DNA of 64,000 nt, taken from assembly GCF_009914755.1 (NCBI RefSeq), contig NC_060927.1; one strand, 5' to 3'. The position numbers and the translations under genes are program-made. This DNA comes from the human T2T-CHM13v2.0 reference genome, Homo sapiens. Positions 15,501 to 35,581 of the stretch are shown here, piece by piece. The notes below the pieces were generated by a model, which did no database searches, was not told the DNA's origin, and saw nothing but the letters and a program-made list of their open reading frames with translations. Position 1 is the stretch's first letter. Each line of letters opens with the position of its first letter.

Positions 15501-17639
15501 ATTTGCATGTCTAGTTCTCTAGCAAGGCTGGGGAAGTTTTCCTCAATTATTCCCCCAAATATGTTTTCCAAGCTTTTAGAATTCTCTTCTTCCTCAGAAA
15601 CACCAATTATTCTTAGGTTTGGTCATTTAAAATAATCCTAGACTTCTTGGAGGCTTTGTTCTTTTTTCTTATTCTTTTTTCATTGTCTTTGTTGTATTGG
15701 GTTAATTTAAAGACCTTGTCTTTGAGCTCTGAATTTCTTTCTTCTCCTTGTTCAATTCTACTGCTGAGAATTTCCAGAGCATTTTGCATTTCTATAAGTG
15801 TGTCCCAAGTTTCCTGAATTTTTTATTGTTTTCTCTTTAAGCTATTTCCTTTAATATTTCTCCCTTCGTTTCTTGTATTGTTCTTTGGATTTCCTTGCAT
15901 TGGGTTTGCCTTTCTCTGGTACCTCCCTGATTAGCTTAATAACTAACCTCCTGAATTCTTGTTAAGGTAAAAATGATTTCAGGGATTTCTTTTTGGTTTG
16001 GATCCATTGCTGGTAAAGTAGTGTGATTTTTGGGGGTTGTCAAAGAGCCTTGTTTTGTCATATTACCTGAGTTGGTTTTCTGGTTCCTTCTCATTTGGTT
16101 AGAGAGGGAACCAGAAAACCAGCTCTGTCAGAGGGAAGGTCTAGGGCTGAAGGCTGTTGTTGAGATTCTTTTATTCCATGGGGTGTTCCTAGATGTAGTA
16201 CTCTCCCCCTTTTTCTATGGACGTGGCTTCCTGTGAGCCAAGCTGCAGTGATTGTTGTCTCTCTTCTGGGTCTAGCCCCTCAGCAAGTCTACCCAGCTCC
16301 GGGGTGGTACTGGGGGCTGTCTGCACAGAGTCCTATGATGTAAATCATCTATGGGTCCCTCAGCTGTGGATACCAGCATCTGTTCCAGTGGAGGTATTGG
16401 GGGAGTGCAATGGACTCCGTGAGGGTTCTTAGCTTTGGTGGTTTCATGTTCCATTTTTGTGAGGGTTGGCCTCCTGCTGGGAGGTGGCACTTTCCAGAGA
16501 GCATCAGCTGTGGTAGTATGGAGAGGAACCAGTGGTGGGCGGGGCCCTAGAACTCCCAAGATTATATGCCCTTTGTCTTCAGCTACCAAAGTGGGTAGGG
16601 AAGGACCATCAGGTAGGGGCAGGGCTAGGCATGTCTGAGCTCAGACTCTCTTTGGGTGGGTCTTGCTGCACCTGCTGTTGGAGATGGGGGTGAAGTTCCC
16701 AGGTCAATGAAGTTGAGTACCTAGGAGGATTATAGCTGCCTCTGCTGAGTCATGCAGGTTGTTACGGAAGTAGGGGAGGGCGGCAGTCACAGGCCTCATC
16801 CAGCTACCATGCAAACCGAAGGGCTGGTCTGACTCCCACCGTGCCCCCCCAACAGCCCTGAGTCTGTTTCCAGGTGTTGGGCGAGCCAGGCTTGAGAACT
16901 TGCCCCAGACTACCCGTCTCCCAGAAAAGGGCTTGGTTCTTCCCCCACCTGTGGAGTCTGCACACGGGATTTGTGCCCTCCGCTGAGTTCTGGCCAGGAG
17001 GCTTCCCATCCCATTCAAATTGTTACACAGTTCAGCTGGAAATTTCCTTCTCCCTGTGGTGTTTTTCCCCCCAGCTCCTCTAGACACCGTCCTGGTGGAT
17101 TCCTGTGGTGTCAGGCAGGAATGTCCTTGGGCACCCAGTGAACTCCCAGGGCCTTTCTGCTGCTTCTTCTACCCCTGTATTTCACTCAGCTCTCTAAATT
17201 GACTCAGCTCCAGGTGAGGTCAGAAACTTCTCCCACAAACAGACCTTCAGTTTCTCCAGTGGGGGTGTGTGTTCGGGAGAGGAGGCTGTCCCATTCTCAC
17301 TTCCACAGTTGGGGCACTCACAGTATTTGGGATGTCTCCCAGGTCCTGCAGGAGCAGTCAGCTTCCTTCATTAGCTCTGTGGGTCCTCTCCGGATTGCTG
17401 GTTTGTTCTTGCAGTCATTCTGGAGCTAAAATTCACAATGCAAGCCTCTGTGATGCTGTCTGTCCATCCAGGTCGGAGCTGCAGTCTAGTCCTGCTTCCC
17501 ATCTGCCATGATCAGATCAGGCTACTATGAAAATATTTTAATGGTATAGCCAATGAATTTAAGGTAATATGCAGTGAAAATTTGTTAAGAGTAGGATAAA
17601 ATGTTGCTTTGCTGTTTCATATTACTTTTTAAATTGTAT

Positions 17640-17825
17640 GACCTAGATTTACACACTGGTCTTTCTACTCACTGGGTACTGAGTGGTCTACTTACTACTT
17701 ACTGAGTGGCCTTTGGTCATATCATTTAACCTCACTGAACTTCAGTTCTTGAAATAAAAATGAAGAAAACAATGCTTATCTCACAGGGATTTTATAAGAA
17801 TTAACTATATGAAAGCACTTTGGCA
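17640..17825 (+). mobile_element. MIR, degenerate
   Basis: Core-like catttaacctcactgaacttcagtt ... tatctcacagggattttataagaattaa. Confidence 0.6.
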
Positions 17826-18504
17826 AGTGTATCCAAATGTTAGCTGGAGGCTATATAAATACAAAATCTTGATTATTGAAGGATATAGAAAGCATGCCTA
17901 TTATGAAATAATCTCAACGGTAGGATAAAGGAAACCTTTTAAAGTCTATGAGAGGAAAGAGATGATCAAGACTGTCTTCACTAGTTATTAAGTGTATTAG
18001 ATTCATTTGTTAGGTATTTCCTTTAGATCTGACGTTTGGCCTTCAAATTTTTATTAACTTGGACTGTTTAGGCTTTTGAGGTTTCATTTGTCAAAGTTGT
18101 TAGTTCTTGTGTATTACTAACACAAATATTTATGGGTAGCTTTGGCCTTTTATCAGTGGAAATCAGAAAATCAATAAACTTAACAGTTGTTCATTACACA
18201 GTTGATGCATTTGCAGGACTATGTTGAGTACTGTAAGTGAATAATCAATTCAGTCAAAATCTATTACCAGGTCACTGCCAGTTTTTTTATAGTGTACTCT
18301 TTTATTTATGACTTTCATAGGTACTGCAGCACTTTTTTATGAAGTAGTCTTCTGTGGGATTCATACTGCTTATAATTGTGATCCTTTCACCTAGTTGGAA
18401 GCACCTGTCACCCTGGAGGTGTTCCTAGATTAGCCCTCTCTTGGTATAAGCAGGGCTCTAACTCTTAGGCCAGCTTTCTTTCACCCTAGGATTAATTTCA
18501 TCAA

Positions 18505-19035
18505 GTTCATTCACTGAGCCAGTTTATATTTACTGATTCCCCACTGTGGGCTGAATACTGTGGGAGTACATGTAAGAGCTCTTCTGTATTATATCATCTA
18601 GTGGGTGAAAAACTCTGTAAAACTATAATGTAAGGAGAATAAATGCTCAGTAGAGCTTTGGGAAGGTTTCACAAGGAGTGGCATTTGAGCTGAATTTTGC
18701 AGAAGTAAAATTCATTTTGAAAAACTAGATAATAGGTATTCCAAGCTGAAGGAAGAACCTGAAAGGAAGTTTTGCATGCTATAGAAGTTCATAGAAGGTT
18801 TCTAGTCAGACTTACATAGGTTCAAGGAAGAAAGTAGATTGTAAACTGAGGGTTAAGAATAAGTAAGAATTAGATAGATGAAAGGGAGAAAGGATAGGAA
18901 TGTTCCAAGTAAAGGGAACAGCATTTGTGAAACCTGTAATCAAGAGAATATGGTTCTTCAAATAATTGAAAACTGAATGAAATTTAACATGGCTGAAACC
19001 AAGTGATTCATGTAGGAAAATGATGTGCACCAAGC
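18505..19035 (-). mobile_element. L2 fragments
   Basis: ttcattca.. start, gggaaggtttcacaaggagtggcatttgagctga, ttccaag..gggaacagcat motifs. Confidence 0.5.
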
Positions 19036-19112
19036 ATAGAGGTTTTATCATGCAGAGATTTACAAACATTTCTTTAAAAAGCAAATAAAAATCCCAAAGA
19101 AATTTGTTAGCA

Positions 19113-20637
19113 CTACTGGGGAAATACTACAGGACAATGATGTGGGCAAGGATTTTTTGGGTAAGGCCTCAAAAACACAGACAACAGAAGCAAAAATAGA
19201 CAAATGGGATTGCATCAACCTATAAAGCTTGTGCTCAGCAAAGGAAACAATCAACCAAGTGAAAGACAAGCTTACAGAATGGCAGAAAATATTTGTAAAC
19301 TATCCATCTGAGAAGGGATTAATAACCAAAATATGTAAGGAACTCAAATCTTTAACTCAATAGCACATAATAATAATAATAATTCCATTAAAAATCAGCT
19401 AAAAGGCCAGGCTTATGCCTGTAATCTCAGTGTTTTGAGAGGCCGAGATGGGAGTATGTGTCACATGGAGCCAGGAATTTGAGGCCAGCATGGTCAATGT
19501 AGCGAAAAAATAATAATAATTATAATAAATTTAAAAAGGAGGGAGGTGGGTATTTAGAGACTCTTATTGTACAGCCTTTTTCAAAGCATGTAACTTAAAA
19601 AGGAAAAACAAGCAAAACACCAGAATAGACATTCCTGAAAAGAAGACGACATATAAACGGCCAACAGTATATGAAAAAATGCTCACCATCACTAATTATC
19701 AGGGAAGTGCAAATTAAAACCACAGTGAGATATCATCTCACCTCGGTTAAAATGGCCGTTACTGAAAAGACAAAAATTAGTGGTTGCTGGCAAGGATGTA
19801 GACAAAAGGAAACCCACATACACTGTTGGTGGGAATGTAAAGTATATAGCCACTATGGAAACCAGTATGGAGGTTCCTTAAAAAACTAAAAGTAGAACTA
19901 CCATATGATCCAGGAATCCCACTGGTGTGTGTGTGTATATATTTTATATATGTATATATTTATATATATTTTATATATGTATATGTTTATTTTATGTATA
20001 TATCCCAAATAAAGGAAACAGTTTATGGAAAAATATCTGCACCCTTGTGTTTATTGCAGCACTAGTCCTAGTGGCAAAGATATGGAGTCAACCAAAGTGC
20101 CATTAATGGATGAATGGATTTTTAAAATGTGTTGTATATATACACAATGGAATATTATTCAGCCACAAATAAAAGAGTGAAATCCTGTTATTTGCAGCAA
20201 CATGGATGGAACTGGAGGTCATTAAGTTAAATAAAATAAGCCAAACACAGAAAGACAAATATCATATGTTGTCAATCACATGTGGGAGCTAAAAGGGTAG
20301 ATCTCATGGAGGTAGAAAGTAGAATCATGGTTACCAGAGGCTGAGAACAGTGGAGGATGAAGAGAAGTTGGTTAAAGAGTACAAAAATAACAGATGGAAG
20401 AAATAAGTTTTAGTATTTGATAGTACAGTAGGGAAACTATAATTAACTATAATATTTATTATATATTTCAGAATAGCTAGAAGAGAAGAATTCTAATGTT
20501 CCCAACACAAAGAAAAATGTTTGAGGTGATAAATATTGCAGTTACCCTAATTTGATAATTATACATTGTATACATGTATCAAAATAGCACAGGTACCCCA
20601 AAATATGTACAACTATTATATATCAGTATTTTAAAAA
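19113..20637 (+). mobile_element. 5'-truncated L1MA (MA4-6-like) with an Alu monomer at 19405-~19535
   Basis: ORF2 C-terminal remnant [24 protein letters not shown]; 3' end gtaccccaaaatatgtacaactattat. Confidence 0.85.
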
Positions 20638-20897
20638 ATTGTTCAGGGCTCACAGGGCAGGTTTTTATAGGTGATATTATAAATGTTGTTCTGAAAAAAA
20701 GCCTGAGTAGCAGCATCTTGAAAGTTGATGGCCTGTCTTATGTATGAAATAAAATGTGACAATTCTTGTTTTATATAACAGGATTAGGATTATTCTCTAT
20801 TGTTTAAAAAAATACAAGAATGCTTGAGTGTCCAAATTTTCACCAAAACCTTTTAATAAGAATTCGAATAATGTACCAGTTTTTAATCCAGGGCATT

Positions 20898-21215
20898 GGC
20901 CAGGTATGATGGCTCACTCTTATAATCCCAGCACTTTGGGAGGCTGAGGCAGGAGGAATGCTTGAACTCAGGAGTTTGAGACCAGCCTAGGTAACATAGT
21001 GAGACCCCATTTCAACTAAAAAAATTAAAAGTAGCCCAGCATGGGGGCACACGCCTGCAATCCTAGCTACTCAGGAGGCTCAGATGGGAGTACCCCTAGA
21101 GCCCAGGAGATCAAGGCTGCAGTGAGCTATGATCATGCCACTGCACTCTAGCCTAGATAATAGAATGAGAGAGAGAGTCTGTCTACAAAAAAAAATTAAA
21201 TTTTATAAATAATAA
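20898..21215 (+). mobile_element. AluJ
   Basis: Diverged dimer with gcccaggagatcaaggctgcagtgagctatgat; TSD taatccagggcatt / taatctagggatt. Confidence 0.9.
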
Positions 21216-21631
21216 TAATCTAGGGATTTTTGTGGGTTTTGGTTTTGCTTTAAAAAAATTTAGTCTTTCAATGAGGATAGTTTAAATGGTTTGGAATTTG
21301 CTTCTAAGAACTGTAGGCAATTTGAAGGCTATGATGATCAGTTGTCTGGCACCCAGTCACAAGACCAAAGATCTTCCTATTTCTGTTATTCGTTTTCCTT
21401 TTCCTCTGTTTCTCTTTTTTTCTTCTTATTTCTCCCTCCTGTTGTTTCATCCCTTTTGTGTGTGTGTCTCTGTATGTCACATTTGTGTCTCTACCCTCTC
21501 TCTATATCTATTTCCTAGCCCCCATTTTTCTTTCTTAACTATCCACAATATATAACTAAAGTCTGTGTCATACATGTCGTACCTAATGAGTGTCACCTTG
21601 TTTTTCTCTCTTTTTTTTTTTAAATGCATAT

Positions 21632-21952
21632 GTAGTCGCCCCCCGCCCTTATCTGTTGTTTCTCTTTCTGTGGTTTCAGTTACAGTGAACTGTAGTCCAA
21701 AACTATGAAGTGAAAAATTCCAGAAATAAACAATTCATAAGTTTTAAATTGTGCTGAGTAGCGTGATGAAATCTCACACCATCACACATGAACCATCTCT
21801 TTGTCCAGTGTATTCACATTGTATACACTACCGCTCATTAGTCACTTCGTTGCCATCTCAATTATCAGATCAACTTTTGTAGTATCTCATCACGTAGGCA
21901 TTTTATCATCTCACGTCATCACAAGAAGGATGTACAATAATATCTCTTGAGA
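21632..21952. mobile_element. MER44A (Tigger7-derived)
   Basis: cccttatctg..tttctgtggtttcagttac ... aaaattccagaaataaacaattcataagttttaaattg. Confidence 0.8.
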
Positions 21953-24205
21953 GATGAGGTCTTGCTCTGTTGCCCAGGCTGACCTTGAACCCCTGGGCTC
22001 AAGCAATCCTCCCACCTCTGCTCCCTGATTTGCAGATATTTTCTCCTGTTGGTTGTCTTTTTTACTTTCTTGGTTGTATTCTTTGAGACACGAATGTTTT
22101 TAACTTTGATGAAGTTCAGTTTATCTGCTTATTTTTTGTTACATCAGCTTATGGCGTGATATTTAAGAGGGCTTTGCCTAACCTAAGATCACAAAGATTT
22201 ACTACTGTCATTTCTTCTCAGAGTTGTATAGTTTTAGGTTTTATATTTAGATCCGTGATCCATTTTGAGTTCATTTTTGTGTAGGATGTGAAAGATCCAA
22301 CCCTATTATTTTTGCATGTGGATTATTCCAGTAGTCTTAGACCCACTTGTTGACCTCATTCAGTTTTTAACTGTTTTTATTAAGTATGACATACATTCAA
22401 AAGCCTCTTTAGAAGATATGTAAAGGGCATAAAGAATAACAGTAATATAGACACCTGCACACAACTTCCAATTTGAGATACAGAAAAATGAAAACTCTTC
22501 TGCTGAATTCTTCAATCTTTTCTATTCTGAATTTTATGCGTATTCTTCTCTTGCAGAATTCTCTCTATGCTTTCACCACATCTGTATATATTACCAATAA
22601 TATAACATTTACTTTTAGAAATGTTATATTTCTAATTTTACAAATTTAAGTAAGCTGAGGTGGGAGGATCGCTTGAGCCCAGAGGTTCAAGGCCAGCCTG
22701 GGCAACATAGCAAGGCCCCATCTCTTACAAGATATTATATTAATATTTTACAAATTAAAAAATTACAAGATGTTGTATTTTACAAAGTAAAAAATAGTAT
22801 ATAAATTTTTATGACTTGCTTTCTTTTTCTGTTCAACATTATGGTATACCATAGTGATAGTACTGTCTATAGTTGTAGTTTATTCATTTTCACTGTTGTA
22901 TAATATTCTATTTTTAGACTGTACCAAAACTTACTGATTCTCTTGTTGATGCACGTTTGGTTATTTCAGATTTTTTGCTATTAAAACATAAACATTCTTA
23001 TACCTCTCTCCTGGTACACATGTGCAAGTATTTCTCCAGGTTGCATATATGCCTAGGAGTAGAATTGCTGAGGTATAAAGTACACACATCTTCAGTTCAA
23101 CCACATAGTGCCACATTGTTTCCAAAGTGATTGATGCCAGTCTTCACTCCCCTAACTATTGCATAACATTTCTGATTGCCCCACATCCTTGCCATGCTTG
23201 ATCTTTCCAGACATTTTGATTGTTGCCAGTGTATGATTTCATTGCCATAGTGTGATGACTATAAAATGTTATCTGATTTTGATTTGCAAGGTCATTTCCA
23301 AGATTACTAATGGGCTTGAGCGTCTTCTCATGTATGTATTGGTCATTGGTATTCCTTTATCTGTGACATGTTTATTCAGGTTTTTAATTACATGTTTCTA
23401 TTGGTTTATCTTTTACTAGTTCTTTGTAAATTAATATGTATTACAGATATCTTCTCTTAGTATGTCTTAATTTTTATGTATTCAAATTTATTAGTCCTTT
23501 TATGTTTTATATTTTTTATGTCCTGTATCAGAAAATTCTTCCCTAAGTCAAGGTCATAATCATATTCTCCAAAGAATTTCCCACTTAAACTCTTAATCCA
23601 CCTGGAATTTTTTTTTAATGTTTAATTTTCGTGGTATATAGTAGGTGTATAAATTTATGGGGTACATGAAATGTTCTGATACAGGCATGCAATGCATAAT
23701 AATCACATCACAGAAAATGGGGTACTCATCCCCTCAAGCATTTATCCTATGTGTTATAAACAATCCAATTATACTTTTTAAGCTATTTTTAAATGTACAA
23801 TTAAGTTATTGACTATAGTTAGCCTGTTGTGCTATCAGATAGTAGGTTTTATTCATCCTTTCTAACTGTATTGGAATTGATTATTAAGTCTTCATATCTA
23901 GTAAGACAAATCCCACACTTGATTTTTCTTCTATGAATAATTGGTTATTTTTAATCTTTGTTCTTCCATATGAATCAGTTTTTCAGGTTTCATTAAATAG
24001 ATTAAGTAAATAAATTGACCAACTACAATGGTGAGAGTTTTATTGAAATTACATTGACTCCATAGATTTATTTGGTGAGAATAATGTCTTTATGATATTG
24101 AGTATTTTTATCCTAGAGCATGGTATAGCTCTGCATATTTATTTAGGTTTTCTTTAGTATCTGTTAATAAACTTTCACAATTTACTCCCTAAAGAATTGG
24201 CACCT
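21953..24205 (-). mobile_element. Mosaic of old L1M fragments, with Alu monomer pieces (~21950-22025, 22654-22730) and an L1MA 3' end (~23612-23870)
   Basis: Antisense L1 motifs (tttgcagatattttctcc; atccattttgagtt; cctaggagtagaattgctg). The old L1 resumes after 30240. Confidence 0.7.
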
Positions 24206-24215
24206 CATTTGTTGG

Positions 24216-30230
<6,015 letters not shown>

Positions 30231-30703
30231 CATTTGTTGGATTTATTCCTAGTTGCCTTATATTTTTTGCTATTAATATTATTATCATTTTACAATTAAT
30301 TTTCTGTTCAGGGCTGCTATATAGAAATGAAGTTGATTCTTGAGTATTGATTTTGTACCTAACAAATTATCTGTAAATACTTTTGGGTTTTCTATAAATA
30401 CAATCATCTTATCTTTTTGTCTCTTTCCACTTGTTATATCATTTCTTTCTTTTTCTTTTCTCACTGCACTGACTGCAACCCCCACTAACCAGTACCTAAT
30501 AGAAATGGTGATAGCTAGTATCGTCATCCTGTTTGTGATCATTAAGGTATTGCTTTTTAATATTTAACAAGTATGATACTTGCTTTATCTTTTTTATAGG
30601 GGGTGATGTTTGTTTTGGTGGATTCCCTTTGCTTCAGATCAGAGATGTTTCCTTCCTTTTTTATTTTGTTTCAACTTCAAGTAAATAGTAAGTTTTGTTA
30701 GAC

Positions 30704-30860
30704 TTTTTTTTTTTTTAGAGACAGGGTCTTGCTGTGTTGCCCCAGGTAGAGTGCAGTGGCATGATCATGGCTCACTGAAGTTTTGAACTGCTGGACACAA
30801 GTGATCCACCTCAACTTCCCAAAGTGCTGAAACTATAGGTGTATACCACAACACCCAGCT

Positions 30861-30905
<45 letters not shown>

Positions 30906-31012
30906 TTGAGACAGGGTCTGACCAGGTTGGTCTTGAAATCGTGGACTCAGGCAGTCCTCCTGCCTCTGCTTCGCAAAGTGAGGATTATAGGCATGGGCCA
31001 TCACACCCAGCT
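30704..31012 (-). mobile_element. AluJ with expanded middle A-rich linker (~42 T at 30863-30904)
   Basis: Antisense dimer flanked by gacttt. Confidence 0.88.
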
Positions 31013-31198
31013 GACTTTAGTTTTTTTAGTTTAATTTTTCTCTTTTAATCCCAAAATGTTATTAATTATATTAATATATCTTCTGTGTTAAACTAAATTT
31101 GAGGTCCTAGAATAAACCAAACATGGTTATGGTGTATTATCTATTTTTATACAATTTGATTTCATTTATTTTTATATAAATTATGCATATGTACGTAA

Positions 31199-31202
31199 GT
31201 GC

Positions 31203-31277
<75 letters not shown>

Positions 31278-31279
31278 TT
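31199..31279. repeat. Compound microsatellite (GTGC)n(GT)n(AT)n(T)n
   Basis: Directly visible. Confidence 0.95.
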
Positions 31280-31739
31280 ACTCCCATACCCTTTTTGCAT
31301 CTGCATTCATGATTTGCTTCTGTGACCTTTTTTGGTACTGTTCTTGACTGGGTTTTAAAAAGCAAGATTGTGCTAGCCTAGTAAAATGAATTAGGAAGTC
31401 AGTTTGTGTAACATCAAAATTATTTTTTCCTTGAACGTTTGATAGAACTTTTCTGTAAATCTTCTGAGTATAGTGTTTATAAAAGATTTTTTTTTTTGTC
31501 AAATGATTCAATTTCTTTATGGGTTAAAGGACTACTATAACTCTTCATTTTGGGTCATAGATTTTCTTTTAACTTCCTGTGATCTCAACAATACATTTAA
31601 TTTGATTTTTAAAAATATTTAATATTCTTGTTATGGAAGTATCATTTAGAAGTACCGGTAGAAGTATCATTTAATTTATCATATATCCATATCCTCCATA
31701 ATCTGGGAAACAGAAGTCTTCATTTAACCACCATCCCTC

Positions 31740-33200
31740 TCCAATTTTACTTAACGTCATTCCATTAAAACTGCTTTTGTCAAAATCACCAATACTCTCT
31801 AATTTTCCAAATCTAGTATAATTTTTCTAATCACATGCAAACTCTGAGCAGCATTTAACTCAACCGACCACACTATTCTTCTGGAAACACCCTCTTTTTC
31901 AGTTTATATAACATAGTACTGAATCTGGTTTTTCTACCAGCGTGACCATTCTGTCTCCTTTTCTTCTTCTTGATTTCCAAGTGTTGTTTACAGGAACTCA
32001 GTCTTTTTCTTTTCTATCTCAGGTGAATTTATCATTTTTCACTAGTGTGAATATGTATACTTATTACTTCCAAATTTTTATCTGAAGTACAGGCTCTCTC
32101 TTCCGAACTCCAGACTTGAAGACTTTTTTTTTGTTTTAACATATAGTCATCTCAAAGTTATCATCTTCAAAACTGAACTCAACTACACCCATTCAGGTCT
32201 TTCTCGTTGTAATGAATGAACCATCATTTATCTGGTTGCTTGATCCAGAAAGTTGGAAATCAGCCTTTATTTTCATAATTCTTTTACCTTCCACAAATTT
32301 TTGTTAATTCTACATCCCAAATATCTTTATCTCCTGTGCTAACCCTGGTCTGGGTGTTCACCATTTCTTGCCCGGACTTCTGTAATAGCCTCACAAGTAA
32401 CTGGTTTCTTTACTCTCTTACATTAGAGTGACCAGCGGTTTCTCTACTCTCTCGTATTAGAGAGTGACCAGTGTTTTCTTTACTATCTCTTGTGCTAGAA
32501 AGGGACCAGTGGCTAGTTCAGACTGAGTGCTCTGGGAAGGTCTCCCTAAGGAGCTGACATTTAAGCTAAAATCTGAATAACAAGGAGGGACTTGCCACCC
32601 AAAGAGCATTCTAGATGGAGGAAACACCTTCTGTAAAGATTATAAGCTAAAAAATAAATTTCAAATGCTTAAGAACCCTGAAGAAGGCCAGTTTGGCAAG
32701 GGGTAGAGATTTGGTTAAAGAGTTTAGCAGGAGCCAGATTATACCAGCCTTCGTAAGTAAGAGCATAAAATGTAAACTTTATTCTAAATGAGTTAAGAGG
32801 CCAATTAAAAGTGATGCTTTGAATTTAAGGGGTGAGAGAGAAGAATTGAAGATGTGGCATATGAGTCTAAAGTTTGGGAAAGATGTTAAGGCTAGAGCTA
32901 AAGATTTGAGGGTCACCAGCCTACAAATGGTGTTTATAACTATATGTTACCTAGAGAGAGAATATAGATAAAGAAGAGAAAGGAGCCTACATTGAGCCTT
33001 GGAGTACTCTAATGTTAGAGGTGCCAGTAGAGAAAAATGAGGAATTGTGACCAGTGAGGAAAAGGAAAACCAGAAGTGTATGATGTCATGGAAGCCAAAT
33101 GAAAAAAAAGTTTCAGGAATGAAGAAGTGGTCACTTCTGTTGAATGACGGACTGGAGAAGAAATAGAAATAGAATCCTTCTATTAAGGTCAGCCTTGAGT
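31740..33200. mobile_element. L2 fragments in opposite orientations (+ ~31740-32400; - ~32520-33200)
   Basis: ctgcttttgtcaaaatcaccaat and ctctcttccgaactccagact on the left; gggaaggtctccctaaggagctgacatttaagct and atggaagccaa..gtttcaggaa on the right. Confidence 0.6.
32395..32512. repeat. Imperfect ~35-bp tandem repeat, ~3.5 copies
   Basis: Unit approximately agagtgaccag(c/t)g(g/t)tttct(c/t)tactctctcgtatt. Confidence 0.75.
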
Positions 33201-35418
33201 AGTTTCAAGGACAGTCAAAGGTAGTTTTTAAATACTCTCTAGAAATTCTTATGAGAGGTAAACAAGTATCTTCCACTTTTCCAAATTTAATTTGGAAAAT
33301 TAAATTGGCCCATTCTATTTTGTAGCAGAATTTCAGAGTGGTTGATAACCTTTTGGACAAGATCAGGTTTTCTTAAAGCTTACAGCTTCACAGTGTCTCT
33401 GACTAGACAGACACAAAGAAATAAATATGTTCTCCTAGCAATCAGCACATGGAGGAACAATTAAACTTGTCTTATTTAGAAGAATCCTTCTTGTAGTCAT
33501 CACTTTTGAACAGACTATTTGCAGTCAGAGATTATTTAAGGTAGTACTTGGCTTTTTGAATGTGTTTACTATAGAAGACTTTGAGAAATGGGCAGCAAAG
33601 AGACACTGAAAATTATCTTTTAAATCCATTTCCTGAGTATTTGGGTCAAATGACTTTCTGATGTGTTGGACAGTAATTGATTCCAGGGAATTGTTTTTAC
33701 TGTCTGCCTAATCACTGTCTTATTGCTTCTGGAATATTGACCTCCTATGTCCATCTGGCTGACAGGATCAAGCCCTGAGTCAGCCTGTAAAAACTCTTCT
33801 TGAAATGTTTCAAATTAATTGTGGATTTGCAGTGGTTTCATTTTCAAAGGTTTATGTTTATTGCTAACATTGTTATGTGATAGTTTTGTGATTATTAAAT
33901 GAGTTTAAGTAGACCTAGAAGTGTGTTATGCATGTCTATGTATGTGGGTATATATAAAATTTTTATTTATAATCAGTCTTAGTCTTCATGGGTTGGAATT
34001 TTATTCCCATATTTTTTGCTTGGATTGAAATGGCATGCTTATCTAACATAACTAGAATTCCCTGGTTATTCCCTGGTTATGTAGTTACAGATACTACAAA
34101 CTGGTAAACATACCTAAGAGGTTTGCAGATTTCTCCATCTGTATGGATTAATACATTTTCTGCCCAAATTTTGAGACATAACAGAATGATTGCCACTACC
34201 ATCTCTCCATTCCCGAAGATCACATATTTTTAGAAGACTAGTCACCTATTGGTGGTAGTTAATGTTATGACTCCATAAGAATTAAAATAAGTGAAATATT
34301 AATAGATTGCTTAGAAATTATGTTGTTATGGTTAGAGATTATGCCCTAGAGCCACTGTCATCCCACGCTAGTCACCAGCAGATCTCCATGTGAAGTTCAA
34401 GACTGTTGTACATGTTCTATTTGTTGTCTCTTTACTCTCCTTCCTTCTACTGCCCACATCTTCGGAACCCCTTGTCCTGCCTTATCCCCAGGGTTTAGCA
34501 CCCACACAATCCTGATCTTTCCATTAGTTCCTCATCCTCTGGATTTTTCATTTGTCCAAGTTTTTCAATGTTGCAGGGCCCTGTTTTCTTCTATGAAATA
34601 ACAAACTCACCTCTGCTGAAATGCCACCTCTGCCCAGAGATCATATTTGCACTTTAGTATACACCATATCTTTACTCAAAAAAAGGATGTAAATTTAATG
34701 GGAAGACTTGCCTAAGATTATATCATTAGTTGTGAAGCTAGAACTTAGAGCACTAATATTCACAGTCACTTACTTCACTTGTAAATAGAGCTGGAGTTGC
34801 CTTATTATATTGCAATTTTATGACTTAAAGCATTGTATTTGTCATGAAAAAACACTTAGTAAAAACAAATTAATGGTTAATAATAATATTGTTCCTATAG
34901 CTGATTTCCTTCAAAGGTGCTGAGGAATGGGCTAAAATATATAATCTCACTTCCCATTTGTTAATTCCTTTATTTATTTGTTTATGCTATGCTTCCTATA
35001 TCTGAATGGCTCTATATATGTCTCAGTTTAATCTAGCAAATGTGGGGACTAGAATGATTTGCTTTATTGATATGATAATGTATTAGAATTACATTAAAAT
35101 ATAGAAACTTTTCTCTGTTTTTATAAAGGGTAGGATCGTTATTGATTGAGATTTCCAGCTGAAAAGTTTGCTACTCTTTTTTTTCTTGAAGTAGAATTTT
35201 TTAAATGAAATAATTAAGCTGTCTCACCAGAATATTTTAATTGAAAAAATTAGCTTTGCATAGAATTCATAGGTCTTATTATCATATAATTTTCATAACA
35301 TTGTGAAGATTTCAGTCTTCTCCAAAATAAGCAGCAATAAATAATAATCATATATATTCCTTGATACAGCTTGGCCAACTGTATTTCAACATACAAAAAC
35401 ACACAAGGCCTACTTTAC

Positions 35419-35581
35419 TTTTTTTTTCTCCCCTTTGAGACAGGTTTCACTCTGTCATCCTGGCTAGAATGCAGTGGCACAATCACGGCTCACTGCAGCC
35501 TTGAATTCCTGGGCTCAAGTGATTCTTCCACCACAGCCTTCCAAACACTAAGATTACAGGCATGAGCCGCTGCATCCAGCT
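35419..35581 (-). mobile_element. Alu monomer (FRAM-like, or an internally deleted AluJ)
   Basis: Single ~160-bp arm with T tail, flanked by cctacttt. Confidence 0.8.

Larger units (their letters stand above)
30241..31560 (-). mobile_element. Old L1M (L1ME-like) continuation
   Basis: atttattcctag ... tattgattttgtacct ... ttttctataaatacaatcat ... aaaatgaattaggaagt. Confidence 0.65.

Noticed and set aside
16030-17511. GC-richer ORF cluster as a gene or CpG-island promoter
   Set aside because: It is the L1PB 5'UTR, with CpGs largely decayed.
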